DNA of 64,000 nucleotides from Candidatus Omnitrophota bacterium (GTDB lineage Bacteria; Omnitrophota; Omnitrophia; Omnitrophales; Aquincolibacteriaceae): NCBI GenBank assembly GCA_035352955.1, contig DAOPYQ010000001.1, positions 37,536 to 101,535 of the forward strand, read 5' to 3'. Shown piece by piece: positions 1 to 8,750 of this stretch (position 1 is its first letter; each line of letters starts with the position of its first letter). The notes under the pieces were generated by a model. It saw only the letters and a program-made list of their open reading frames with translations, ran no database searches and was not told where the DNA came from. The position numbers and the translations under genes were made by a program.

Positions 1-1101
1 CAGGCCGTTGTCTCGGCAATTCATTTTGTGGAACATATCACCTTCGAGCAATTGCAATCTGTCGTTTCGGAGTCGCTGCGTGTTCTGAAGCCGGGCGGTT
101 TGCTTATCATGGAAACGCCGAATCCCGAGAATATCATTGTTGCGACTCAAAATTTTTATTTTGACCCGACCCACCGGCATCTGATCCCCGCCAAACTCCT
201 TTCTTTTCTTCCCGAATATTACGGTTTCGCGCGCGTGAAAACGTTACGGCTCCAGGAGTCGAAAGATTTGCTTCGCGGCGGAGCTCTTTCGTTGAGCGAT
301 GTTTTGGGCGGAATCAGTCCTGATTATGCGGTGATTGCCCAGAAGAGCGGCGTGGAAACGTTTTTAAAAACGTTTGATGCTGTTTTTGCGGGTAACTACG
401 GCCTCGATTTTGAGACACTTGTCACGAATTATCATGCCCAGCGGGAAAATAGAGTCAAACAGATCGAGACAAAAACCGAACAGGCGGTGGCAAAAGCCGA
501 ACAAGCAGCCATCCAAGGTGCTCAGGCCGAGGCGAAGGCTGAACAAGTCGGGACCGAAGCCCAAGAGGCGGTGGTTAAAGCCTGGCAAGCCGAGGCTAAG
601 GCCGAACAAGCCGGGACCGAAGCTCAAGAGGCGGTGGTTAAAGCCTGGCAAGCCGAGGCGAAGGCAGAACAAGCCAGGAGTGAAGCCCAAGCGGCTGTGT
701 CTAAAGCCCAGCAAGCGCAGATCCAGGCCGAACAGGCGGCGGCTAAAGCCGATCAAGCAGAAAGAGCGATCCATGCAATTTATGCTAGTCGTTCCTGGAA
801 CCTTACGGCACCTTTGCGATGGATGGATGTTCAAATAGGGAAGTTCCTTCAGGACCGAAAGCAGGGCTTCTTTGCGCCCGTGTGGTCCGTGTACCGGAAA
901 TTTTCGGGTCAATACCCATTTTCGGTGAAGACTTCCGTGAAAAAGGAGATCGCGTCCAAATCCCCGGAGATTTCTCCTTCTTTAAGCTCGGTGGGCAGTG
1001 AGGCCGCACCTCTCATAACAGCGGAGCAACTGACTCCCCGAGCCCGGAAGATATATGCTGATTTCAAAGCAGTTATAAAGAAAAACAACGAGGCTTCTTG
1101 A
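1..1101 (+). CDS. SAM-dependent methyltransferase (3' partial; N-terminus lies upstream of the window) with a C-terminal coiled-coil region and tail. WbdD-like chain-terminator/ruler architecture.
   Basis: The frame is open from nt 1 (…AIHFVEHITFEQ…LKPGGLLIMETPNPEN…FYFDPTHRH, class-I MTase motifs). It is followed by ~90 aa of Ala/Glu/Lys/Gln heptad-like repeats, then an ~130-aa tail. The stop overlaps the start of the next gene (ATGA). Confidence 0.6.
   Translation, partial: QAVVSAIHFVEHITFEQLQSVVSESLRVLKPGGLLIMETPNPENIIVATQNFYFDPTHRHLIPAKLLSFLPEYYGFARVKTLRLQESKDLLRGGALSLSDVLGGISPDYAVIAQKSGVETFLKTFDAVFAGNYGLDFETLVTNYHAQRENRVKQIETKTEQAVAKAEQAAIQGAQAEAKAEQVGTEAQEAVVKAWQAEAKAEQAGTEAQEAVVKAWQAEAKAEQARSEAQAAVSKAQQAQIQAEQAAAKADQAERAIHAIYASRSWNLTAPLRWMDVQIGKFLQDRKQGFFAPVWSVYRKFSGQYPFSVKTSVKKEIASKSPEISPSLSSVGSEAAPLITAEQLTPRARKIYADFKAVIKKNNEAS
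526..714 (+). repeat. 63-bp tandem repeat x3 (21-aa units AEAKAEQxGTEAQEAVVKAWQ) inside the methyltransferase coiled-coil region.
   Basis: Three consecutive 63-nt units (526-588, 589-651, 652-714). The first two are ~95% identical; the third is more diverged. The units are in frame. Confidence 0.85.
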
Positions 1102-3626
1102 TGCGTATCGTTATTGATATGCAAGGAGCTCAAAGCCCGGCGTCGTGCACGAGAGGTGTCGGTAGGCATAGCCTCGGTTTAGTGAAAGCCTTTCTTGGAG
1201 CTGCTAAGGGGAGACATGATGTTTTTCTTGTTTTGAACGGCGTGTTTCAGGATTCCATCGATGATCTTCGGGCTGAATTTTCAGAACTGTTGCCGAGGCA
1301 GAATATTAAATGTTGGCAGCAATATCTGAGCCCTGTCTCAGGGATTTCAGGGGATTTTTTTTCCAGAAAAGCGTCAGAGCTTGTTCGCGAGTGGTTCATC
1401 GGACAGTTGGATCCGGATATCGTGTGGTCCACGAATTTGCAAGAGGGTTGGCTGGATGAAGCCGTGAGCAGCGTGAAGAAAATCGATAATGGCGCTCTCT
1501 ATTGCACGACATTGCATGACGTGATCCCGCTTATTTTTCCCAAGGAATATCTGGCCGGGGATATTAAATATTGGTATCAGGAAAAACTAAACTTCTCTAA
1601 GAAATCGGACATTCTGTTGACCGTGTCCCAATATTCCAAAGCAAAGATCGTTGAATACCTTCATTTCGAAAAAGATAGAATTTTCGTTGTCCCCAATGCC
1701 TGCGATAAAAGCGTTTTTAACCATGCCGGCGTCTCCGGGTTTGACCGATGCGATCTGAAATCTATCGCGGCGGGCAGGTATATTTTGTATTCCGGGGGTG
1801 CGGATAAACATAAAAATCTTCAAAGGCTTATCACGGCTTATTCCTTGCTAGCCCATGATGTCAGAGAAAAATATAGGATCGTTTTTATTGGCGAAAGCGT
1901 CAAGCGATGCAGCCCTCAAATGCTCGAGCACGCAGCAGCGGTTGGGCTGAGACCAGACCGGCTCATTTTTTTGGGTTATGTTAGCGATGCCGATTTGGCA
2001 GAACTAAAGCGAAATTGCGCACTTTTTGTTTTTCCCTCATATAGCGAGGGTTTTGGATTGCCTCCCCTTGAAGCGATGGCTTGCGGATGTCCCGTGATCA
2101 CGTCGAATGCGGGAAGTTTGCCCGAGGTCGTTGGTTTGGGGGAGGCGTTATTTGATCCTTATGATGAAAGGGATATGGCGTCTAAGATGTTTTTAGGACT
2201 AACGGATGATGGTTACAGAAACCGGTTGATTGAAAATGGGGCGGCTCGAGCGAAGTTATTTTCGTGGGAGTCCAGTGCGGAGGCCGTATTAGATATATTT
2301 GAACGGGAAGTAGGTTCTAAGCTGAAACGTCCCCGTTCAGGTCCCGAAAGTCTCGCGAACGATCTTGATCTGAACTTTCGGTTTCTCGCGAGAACGATCG
2401 CTGCAATCCCGGGTTTTGATGAGTCAAAACTTCCAGCCGTGGCGCAAGCGCTTGCGGATAGCACATTGCCGCATGATGGAAATCGAAATCTCTATATTGA
2501 TATAAGCTGTTTGATTCACTTCGATCATGCCACTGGGATCCAGCGCGTTGTGCGTGCGATCACCAACGAATTCCGTAATGCGGGGTTACCTGGGATACGG
2601 GCTTCAACGGTTTGTTCTTTTGTGGGTCAGAAAAAATTTTACAGAGCTGAGCAGGTGAATGGGAAATACCATATTCCCGAAGAGCCGCAGCTTCCCGGGT
2701 ATGAGGTGGATTTTTGCGATGGCGATGTCCTGCTTTTTCTGGATTTACATCCCGGCAGTGCTATATCAAAAAAAGAAGAGGTCAGGAGACTTAGGAATTT
2801 AGGGGTTCGGATCTATTTTGTTGTTTACGATCTTCTTCCCGTTTCACATCCGCAATTCTTTCCGCCAGATATGGTGGATGAATTTAACCAATGGTTGCGA
2901 GTGGTGATTTGTTCGGACGGAGCTGTTTGTATTTCCCTGGATGTGGCGGAAAAACTCAAGAAATGGGTTTCTTATAACGCGGCTCTTGCTGCAAAATCGT
3001 TTAAAGTCGACTATTTTCATCTAGGTGCCGATTTGCTGAGTTCGGTGCCGAGTAAAGGATTACCGTTCAATGCGCAGAAGCTATTGAGCTCGTTTAAAAA
3101 CAAGGCGGTGTTCCTGATGGTAGGAACCATCGAGCCCCGTAAAGGTTATGAGCAGGTTTTAAGCGCGTTTGAGCGGGTTTGGCGCGAGGGGCTTGAAGTC
3201 AGTCTGGTGATCGTGGGAAAGCAGGGTTGGCTGGTCGAGAGCGTAGTAGAAAAATTTCGGAACCACCCGGAGATCCATAAACGTTTCTTTTGGCTCGAAG
3301 GTATTAGTGACACATACCTGGAAAAAGTTTACGCGACATCCACCTGTCTGATCGCCGCATCGGAAGGCGAGGGGTTCGGGTTGCCGCTGATCGAGGCCGC
3401 GCAACACCAATTGCCTATTATTGCGCGGGATCTTCCGGTGTTCAGAGAAGTGGCCGGGGCACATGCCTATTATTTTTCGGGTAAGGAGCCGCAAGATCTT
3501 GCCGACGCGGTCGTTCGGTGGTTGTCGCTGTATCGTTCGGGCAATCATCCCCGGTCGGGAAATATGCCCCGTTTAACGTGGAAAGAGAGCGCCAGAACAT
3601 TGGCTGAAAAAATTTTGGGCAGGTAA
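1098..3626 (+). CDS. Tandem two-domain GT4 glycosyltransferase (WbdA-like polymerising mannosyl/hexosyltransferase architecture).
   Basis: Two GT4 signature blocks are present: …SYSEGFGLPPLEAMACGCPVITS… and …SEGEGFGLPLIEAAQHQLPIIARD… (E-x7-E motifs). The 842-aa product is consistent with two fused GT-B domains. Confidence 0.75.
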   Translation: MMRIVIDMQGAQSPASCTRGVGRHSLGLVKAFLGAAKGRHDVFLVLNGVFQDSIDDLRAEFSELLPRQNIKCWQQYLSPVSGISGDFFSRKASELVREWFIGQLDPDIVWSTNLQEGWLDEAVSSVKKIDNGALYCTTLHDVIPLIFPKEYLAGDIKYWYQEKLNFSKKSDILLTVSQYSKAKIVEYLHFEKDRIFVVPNACDKSVFNHAGVSGFDRCDLKSIAAGRYILYSGGADKHKNLQRLITAYSLLAHDVREKYRIVFIGESVKRCSPQMLEHAAAVGLRPDRLIFLGYVSDADLAELKRNCALFVFPSYSEGFGLPPLEAMACGCPVITSNAGSLPEVVGLGEALFDPYDERDMASKMFLGLTDDGYRNRLIENGAARAKLFSWESSAEAVLDIFEREVGSKLKRPRSGPESLANDLDLNFRFLARTIAAIPGFDESKLPAVAQALADSTLPHDGNRNLYIDISCLIHFDHATGIQRVVRAITNEFRNAGLPGIRASTVCSFVGQKKFYRAEQVNGKYHIPEEPQLPGYEVDFCDGDVLLFLDLHPGSAISKKEEVRRLRNLGVRIYFVVYDLLPVSHPQFFPPDMVDEFNQWLRVVICSDGAVCISLDVAEKLKKWVSYNAALAAKSFKVDYFHLGADLLSSVPSKGLPFNAQKLLSSFKNKAVFLMVGTIEPRKGYEQVLSAFERVWREGLEVSLVIVGKQGWLVESVVEKFRNHPEIHKRFFWLEGISDTYLEKVYATSTCLIAASEGEGFGLPLIEAAQHQLPIIARDLPVFREVAGAHAYYFSGKEPQDLADAVVRWLSLYRSGNHPRSGNMPRLTWKESARTLAEKILGR

Positions 3627-3661
3627 AAAACCCGAGACTCGGGAAGCGATGAGAGAATGCG

Positions 3662-5809
3662 TTGGATATGAATAAATCCTGCCGATTGATGTTTCGATGG
3701 GGGCTGGTTCTTTCGGTCCTGGGAATGCTGACGTTTCCGATACTGGAGATTCGGGGGCATTGGCTCCCGCGCCTGGTGGTCACCGAGCGAATCCCCACCC
3801 TGGTGAAGCCAGCGTTTCTTTGGAGCGAGGTTGTCAATCGCGACTGGCAAAATTTTCTGGAGCGGTGCTTTCTTTATAACCTCGGAAGTTTAAGGGCCTT
3901 TCTCATCTTTGCGAATAACGAAGTAAAAGACCGGTTGTTCAAGAAACGTCCGACCGGCGAATGGGTCTGGAGTCCCGAGATGGGATATTATCAGATCAAT
4001 ACGATACGGCGTTTGAACGCGGACGTTTTAAACCGGGACGTTTTAAGGCAGCATTATCTAAAAGCGGCGCGTCGCCTGCGCGTTCTTCAGACCTTGCTTA
4101 AAAACCATGGGGTTACCTTCCTTGTTGTTACCGCGCCCTCCAAATCCAGGATTTATCCGGAGTCGATTGGTCGTTATCTGGTCGCTTCCGCCCAGGATAT
4201 CCCCAAGCAGGCGATCTCTTATGGAGATGTTCTTGAGGAAGGCGGGGTGAACGTGGTTAGCGGCGTGCGGATTTTGGAAAAAGAAAAAAAGGTTTCTTCC
4301 CGATCTCTTTTTACAACGGTGGGGTATCACTGGAATTATTTGGCCGGATGCATGGTCACCCGCGATATGCTCCGGAAGGCCGAAAGATTGTCGGGCAGGC
4401 ACTCTTTTGATCTGGATTGTTCGGATATTTCTTACGAACCCTTTAAATGGGCGGACAGGGACGTCGCGTGGGTGCGCAATATTTTTTCCCAAGAGGCCGT
4501 CCGGGGGCGAGCCCCTTATCCGGTGATCGTTCCGTCCCGGGATTTCTTTTCCGTGGATCGTGGATGGATGATCGTGGGGGACAGCTTTTCCGATCAAATA
4601 GTTTCTTCGCTTACGCAGGCTTTACCCGAGAGGAGCTGGAGGCCGGGTTGGCTGGTCACAATCGATCTTCGCACGTCCGTTCTCCAAAAATTCAATATGA
4701 ACGGAGAGAAGGCTCCCGAGGAAAAGTTGAGGCCGGATGCTCTTTTTGGGGAAGTCTTGAGCAGAGACCTGGTGATCTTGGAAGTCTCCGATGAATACAT
4801 TTTGCGTGATCCCGGGAAACTCGATGAGATGGAATTTGGCGCAACCAGGATCTTGCTGCAAGGGTTGCTCTCGAGCGGAAAGGACGGAGGGCTGGATCTG
4901 AAAAATACTTTGACCGATGGATGGGCGATTTCGAAGAGCGGACGGTGGGAGGCCTCGGGCTCTCGCGCGAGCCTTGTTATTCCCTCGCCCGCGAGCGGTG
5001 GGTCCGTCGGATTAGCGCTTGATGTGGAAAGTATAGCGCCGGAGCAAAGCGGGCCGCGGTTTTTGAACGTTTCTCTTGAGGGCCAACCCATGGCCTCGAT
5101 AAAAATGCCGTCAGGACGCGGCAGGGTGACGCTTGCGGTGCCGCCTTCGCATGCCTCGGGGGATATCCTTTTCAGAGAACTATCGTTTGCGTCCGATTCA
5201 GGGGGGAGCCTTGCGACGATCGTGCATGGCGTTAAAGTCACGAATGTGGTTGGAGACAGGATCGGGGGTCCGCTGACGGAATTTCCGGTCCCTCTCGCTA
5301 AAAAACCTGAGGCAACATGCCGGGAGATCTTTGACCTGATCAGCGCCGGATTTTGCGAAGCGCTATCCTCCGAAGGGATGAGCGACCTTGAAAGCAACTC
5401 TGCGGGGAAGTGGCGCTGGACGTTGGGGCCGAAAACAAGAATTAAATTTTATGTTGATTCCGGTAAACCCGGAGAGAAACAGCCTTTTCTGCTGAACCTG
5501 GTTTTCAATAATGATCTCCTTATTCCCGCGCAGGTCATCGATTTTCGTTTTAATGGGAAAAGTCTTCGCTCTTTTGACGCCGGGGAGATCGGCACCCGAA
5601 AACCGGTCGCGCTGGATACCTTTTTAATGGCTGAAAAGGGAGTGAATATTCTGGAAATTATTTATAAAGATTGGAATCACGGAAAAAAAGGTTACGCCGA
5701 GCGCGATCCGCGACAGCTTGCCGTCAAAGTCACGCGTTTTACGTTGCAACGGGCCGAACAGACGGCGAACTGTTCCGGGGCTCCGGGGGAAGGCGCGGAT
5801 GCTTTTTAA
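3662..5809 (+). CDS. Signal-anchored periplasmic protein, possibly an AlgX/AlgJ/DHHW-like polysaccharide O-acetylation partner with C-terminal beta-rich repeats.
   Basis: N-terminal TM helix. A 'VGYHWNY' block resembles the D-x-H-W block of AlgX/AlgJ SGNH-like proteins. The gene sits immediately upstream of, and overlaps, an MBOAT gene. The C-terminal ~300 aa contains two related ~130-aa segments (W…S…FNGK/LEGQ). Confidence 0.4.
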   Translation: MDMNKSCRLMFRWGLVLSVLGMLTFPILEIRGHWLPRLVVTERIPTLVKPAFLWSEVVNRDWQNFLERCFLYNLGSLRAFLIFANNEVKDRLFKKRPTGEWVWSPEMGYYQINTIRRLNADVLNRDVLRQHYLKAARRLRVLQTLLKNHGVTFLVVTAPSKSRIYPESIGRYLVASAQDIPKQAISYGDVLEEGGVNVVSGVRILEKEKKVSSRSLFTTVGYHWNYLAGCMVTRDMLRKAERLSGRHSFDLDCSDISYEPFKWADRDVAWVRNIFSQEAVRGRAPYPVIVPSRDFFSVDRGWMIVGDSFSDQIVSSLTQALPERSWRPGWLVTIDLRTSVLQKFNMNGEKAPEEKLRPDALFGEVLSRDLVILEVSDEYILRDPGKLDEMEFGATRILLQGLLSSGKDGGLDLKNTLTDGWAISKSGRWEASGSRASLVIPSPASGGSVGLALDVESIAPEQSGPRFLNVSLEGQPMASIKMPSGRGRVTLAVPPSHASGDILFRELSFASDSGGSLATIVHGVKVTNVVGDRIGGPLTEFPVPLAKKPEATCREIFDLISAGFCEALSSEGMSDLESNSAGKWRWTLGPKTRIKFYVDSGKPGEKQPFLLNLVFNNDLLIPAQVIDFRFNGKSLRSFDAGEIGTRKPVALDTFLMAEKGVNILEIIYKDWNHGKKGYAERDPRQLAVKVTRFTLQRAEQTANCSGAPGEGADAF

Positions 5810-7235
5810 TTCCCCTTTTTTTCTTCTTGTTTTCATACCGGCGTTTTTAGTCGCTTATTTTGCGATCCCGGGGATACGTCTACGCAACGCGGTTATCGTT
5901 CTGTTCAGCCTGTTCTTTTTCGCGTGGGGGGATCCGGTATTTGTCTGGTATGTGATCGCTGGAACGTGGATCGATTACAGGATCATTAAGAGCATTCTTT
6001 GTTCTCCCGGGCGGAGCGAAAGGGCGAAAAAGGTGTGGCTGATCGTGGCGATTTCACTCAATGTTTTTGCCCTGTTGTTTTTTAAGTACGCCAATTTTTT
6101 TGTGGATCAGATTGAACCATTGCTTCGTTTCGCAGGCAGGGGAAGGCCTTCCTGGTATGGCGTGGCCCTTCCCCTCGGAATATCGTTCATCGCCTTTCAT
6201 AAGATCAGCTTTGTAGTGGATCTCTACAAACGGCGGATTACTCCCCCGGCCAATTTTAAAGACGCACTTCTCTACATCCTTTTTTTTCCGCAGCTGATCG
6301 CCGGTCCGATCATCCGGTATCATGAGATCGGTCCGCAGATCGAAACCCGTACGCATAGCACGGAGGATTTTTTGATCGGGTTTTTCCGGTTCTCCCGCGG
6401 TCTTGGCAAAAAAGCGCTCTTAGCGGACCCGGCGGGCGTCATTGCCAATGCGGTCTTCGGCATGGCTCCCCAGAGCCTTCCGTTTTCTTACGCCTGGATA
6501 GGAGTCATCGCTTATGCGGTTCAGATCTATTTTGATTTTTCGGGATATTCTGACATGGCCATAGGTCTCGGCCGGCTTGTGGGATTTCGTTTTCCGGAGA
6601 ATTTTAATCAACCTTATACGGCGAAAAGTATTACGGAATTCTGGAAACGGTGGCATATCACGCTTTCCAACTGGATGCGGCTTTATCTTTACATCCCGAT
6701 GGGGGGGAATCGGGTTGAACCGTGGCGGATGTACCTGAATTTATGGATCGTCTTCCTGCTCTCGGGTCTTTGGCACGGGGCGGCCTGGACCTTTGTTTTA
6801 TGGGGAGCTTACTACGGCTTTTTTCTCACGTTGGAAAAATTTTGCGAGAGGCGCGGCTGGACGTTTTCCGTTCCCGGGGTGATCAAAAATCTTTGGACAT
6901 TCCTGGTTGTTCTGAACGCCTGGGTGTTATTCCGGGCTCCCACGATCGATTATGCGCGCTTGTTCCTGGGGCGAATGTACGGGATGCTGTCGCAATCGCA
7001 GCCGACCAGCGAGCCTTTTGCCCTGATCTTTCCGCCGCATGATCTGGCCGTGACACTGATCGGCTTGCTGATCGCTATGATCCCTTTGCCGGAAGCAGTC
7101 CGGCGTTTGGGGGCGATCCGGGATTCTTCGATCCTTGACATGACCCGGTGGGGTTTTGGCGTTCTTTTGTTTTGGGTGGCCCTTTCGGACATCCTGGCTT
7201 CCGGGGTCAGCTCGTTTCTTTATTTTCGTTTTTGA
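5799..7235 (+). CDS. MBOAT-family membrane O-acyltransferase (AlgI/DltB/PatA-like).
   Basis: Multi-pass membrane protein with the conserved MBOAT His block (…FWKRWHITLSNWMRLYLYIPMGGNR…). The start MLFNSPFFLLVF… overlaps the upstream gene by 11 nt. Confidence 0.8.
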   Translation: MLFNSPFFLLVFIPAFLVAYFAIPGIRLRNAVIVLFSLFFFAWGDPVFVWYVIAGTWIDYRIIKSILCSPGRSERAKKVWLIVAISLNVFALLFFKYANFFVDQIEPLLRFAGRGRPSWYGVALPLGISFIAFHKISFVVDLYKRRITPPANFKDALLYILFFPQLIAGPIIRYHEIGPQIETRTHSTEDFLIGFFRFSRGLGKKALLADPAGVIANAVFGMAPQSLPFSYAWIGVIAYAVQIYFDFSGYSDMAIGLGRLVGFRFPENFNQPYTAKSITEFWKRWHITLSNWMRLYLYIPMGGNRVEPWRMYLNLWIVFLLSGLWHGAAWTFVLWGAYYGFFLTLEKFCERRGWTFSVPGVIKNLWTFLVVLNAWVLFRAPTIDYARLFLGRMYGMLSQSQPTSEPFALIFPPHDLAVTLIGLLIAMIPLPEAVRRLGAIRDSSILDMTRWGFGVLLFWVALSDILASGVSSFLYFRF

Positions 7236-7278
7236 GAGAATTTTTGATAAGCAATACAACCATAAACTTGGGCGCTGT

Positions 7279-8247
7279 ATGAAAAAGATAGCGTTGCTTT
7301 TGCCGGTCATCATCGTTCTGATCCTCTGCGAGATGGGTTTTCGCGCTTCTTATATTCAGGAACAAGATCGATTGCGTTTAAAGTATGAGGGGAGATCGCT
7401 GTGCCTTGAAAGTGACGAGGCTTTGATCTATACGGCGATCCCGGGGCGTTGTGGTGCGAATTCGCAAGGTTATTTTGACGCCGAACACTCTTTTGTGAAG
7501 CCGAAGGATGTTTTCAGGATCGTTATTATCGGAGATTCCATCGCCCAGGGGCAGGGAGTGGGACGGGAGGAATCTTTTGGCCGGGTCCTGGAAAAAAAGC
7601 TGAATGCCGCGCAGAATAAAAAAAAGGTTGAAGTGATCATCTTGGCCCTGACGGGTTATTCGACGAGCCAGGAATTAATCCTGCTGCGGGAGCAGGCGTT
7701 TCGGTATGATCCGGACATGATCCTCTGGAGTTATGTCTTGAATGATCCCGCCCATCCCTTTTTTCACGATGCGAACGGCGAATTAGGCCGGTATTTTTAT
7801 AAGCCGCGAAGCTACCTGCTGCATTATGTTTCCGCCCGGTTTTTCAATGCCCGAGAACGGATGAGATGGAAGGCCCTTCATTCCGAGGGCATGGAGTTCC
7901 ATGTTTTTTTAAATACGGTTTATTGGGACGAGGTTAAGGCCGATCTCGGGGCGATAGGCAAAGTTTCAAAAAAGAAAAAAATACCCGTTCTGTTTGTGAT
8001 CCATCCCGTGTTCAAGAAAGACGGAATGTTTGACCGGTATCCGTTGACTGTAGTCCACGAAAAATTGAAAGAGTATGTTCTTCTCCAGGGGTTACGGCCG
8101 CTTGATCTGCTAGGGGCCTATCAAGGCTACCGCTCCGAACAACTGAATCAGGGCCCCGAGGATCCCTGGCATCCGAACGCGAAGGGGCATGAAGTGGCCG
8201 CAGAGGCTATTTCTGAGGCTGTCCTGAAGGGCGATTATATAAAATGA
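7279..8247 (+). CDS. SGNH/GDSL-family hydrolase (secreted), candidate O-acetyltransferase/esterase partner of the MBOAT protein.
   Basis: Signal peptide MKKIALLLPVIIVLILC. GDSL block 'FRIVIIGDSIAQGQG'. A C-terminal 'DPWHPNAKGH' block is consistent with the catalytic D-x-x-H. The longer ORF start at 7156 overlaps the MBOAT gene and is unlikely. Confidence 0.7.
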   Translation: MKKIALLLPVIIVLILCEMGFRASYIQEQDRLRLKYEGRSLCLESDEALIYTAIPGRCGANSQGYFDAEHSFVKPKDVFRIVIIGDSIAQGQGVGREESFGRVLEKKLNAAQNKKKVEVIILALTGYSTSQELILLREQAFRYDPDMILWSYVLNDPAHPFFHDANGELGRYFYKPRSYLLHYVSARFFNARERMRWKALHSEGMEFHVFLNTVYWDEVKADLGAIGKVSKKKKIPVLFVIHPVFKKDGMFDRYPLTVVHEKLKEYVLLQGLRPLDLLGAYQGYRSEQLNQGPEDPWHPNAKGHEVAAEAISEAVLKGDYIK

Positions 8248-8267
8248 TCTATCCACAATCTTTTCGA

Positions 8268-8340
8268 GAACGGATATGCTGTCTCTTCCTGTCTGATTGC
8301 CGCGTCGGAAGGTGAGAGGTTCGAGCAAGCATCCTCGGTC
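8268..8340 (+). pseudogene. Glycosyltransferase (GT4) gene fragment.
   Basis: Translates to …SSCLIAASEGERFEQAS…. This is ~85% nt-identical over ~36 nt to the GT4 motif region at 3343-3380 (…STCLIAASEGEGFGLPLIEA…). No start codon or intact frame. Confidence 0.45.
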
Positions 8341-8396
8341 GGGGGTTGGAGAATGCAGCGCGTTTTATTGTGTGCGGCGAAACTTAGGGAGGCGAC

Positions 8397-8750
8397 ATGA
8401 AGGTAGTGATTCTTGCGGGAGGTCTTGGGACGAGACTTAGCGAAGAGATGGAGGTTTGTCCGAAACCGATGATCGAGATTGCCGGGAAGCCTATCCTTTG
8501 GCACATTATGAAGTCCTATTCTTATTATGGATATAACGACTTTGTGATCCTTCTCGGGTATAAGGGGTACGTGATCAAAGAGTACTTTTCGAATTATTTC
8601 CTTCACCAAAGCGATGTCACGATCGGCCATATCGGGACCTCGAGTTTTTATCCGCCCCATCATATCACCACAGGGGAAGGCGGGGCCGTCTATAGGATGT
8701 CAACCTGGGGCAGAGCGCGGCACTTCCTAAAAAAAGAAGCAAGGGCTTAA
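8397..8750 (+). pseudogene. Chimeric remnant: the 5' ~85 codons of a glucose-1-phosphate cytidylyltransferase (RfbF/DdhA) fused to a fragment of a DegT-family PMP-dependent dehydrase (DdhC/E1-like, His in place of the PLP-Lys).
   Basis: MKVVILAGGLGTRLSEE…KPILWHIMK…GYKGYVIKEYFSNYFLHQSDVT matches the RfbF N-terminus. It then switches to …SSFYPPHHITTGEGGAVY, the DegT-family active-site block with His at the Lys position. At 117 aa it is far too short for either enzyme. Confidence 0.55.

Noticed and set aside
364..912. ORFs 374-838 (+) and 364-912 (-) inside the methyltransferase gene.
   Set aside because: They arise from alternative frames of the GC-rich 63-bp tandem repeat (Lys/Arg/Pro-rich low-complexity translations) and fully overlap a well-supported CDS.
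7156..7278. N-terminal 41-aa extension of the first SGNH hydrolase ORF (start at 7156).
   Set aside because: It overlaps the 3' end of the MBOAT gene in another frame and lacks an RBS. The paralog and the signal peptide both support the internal Met at 7279.
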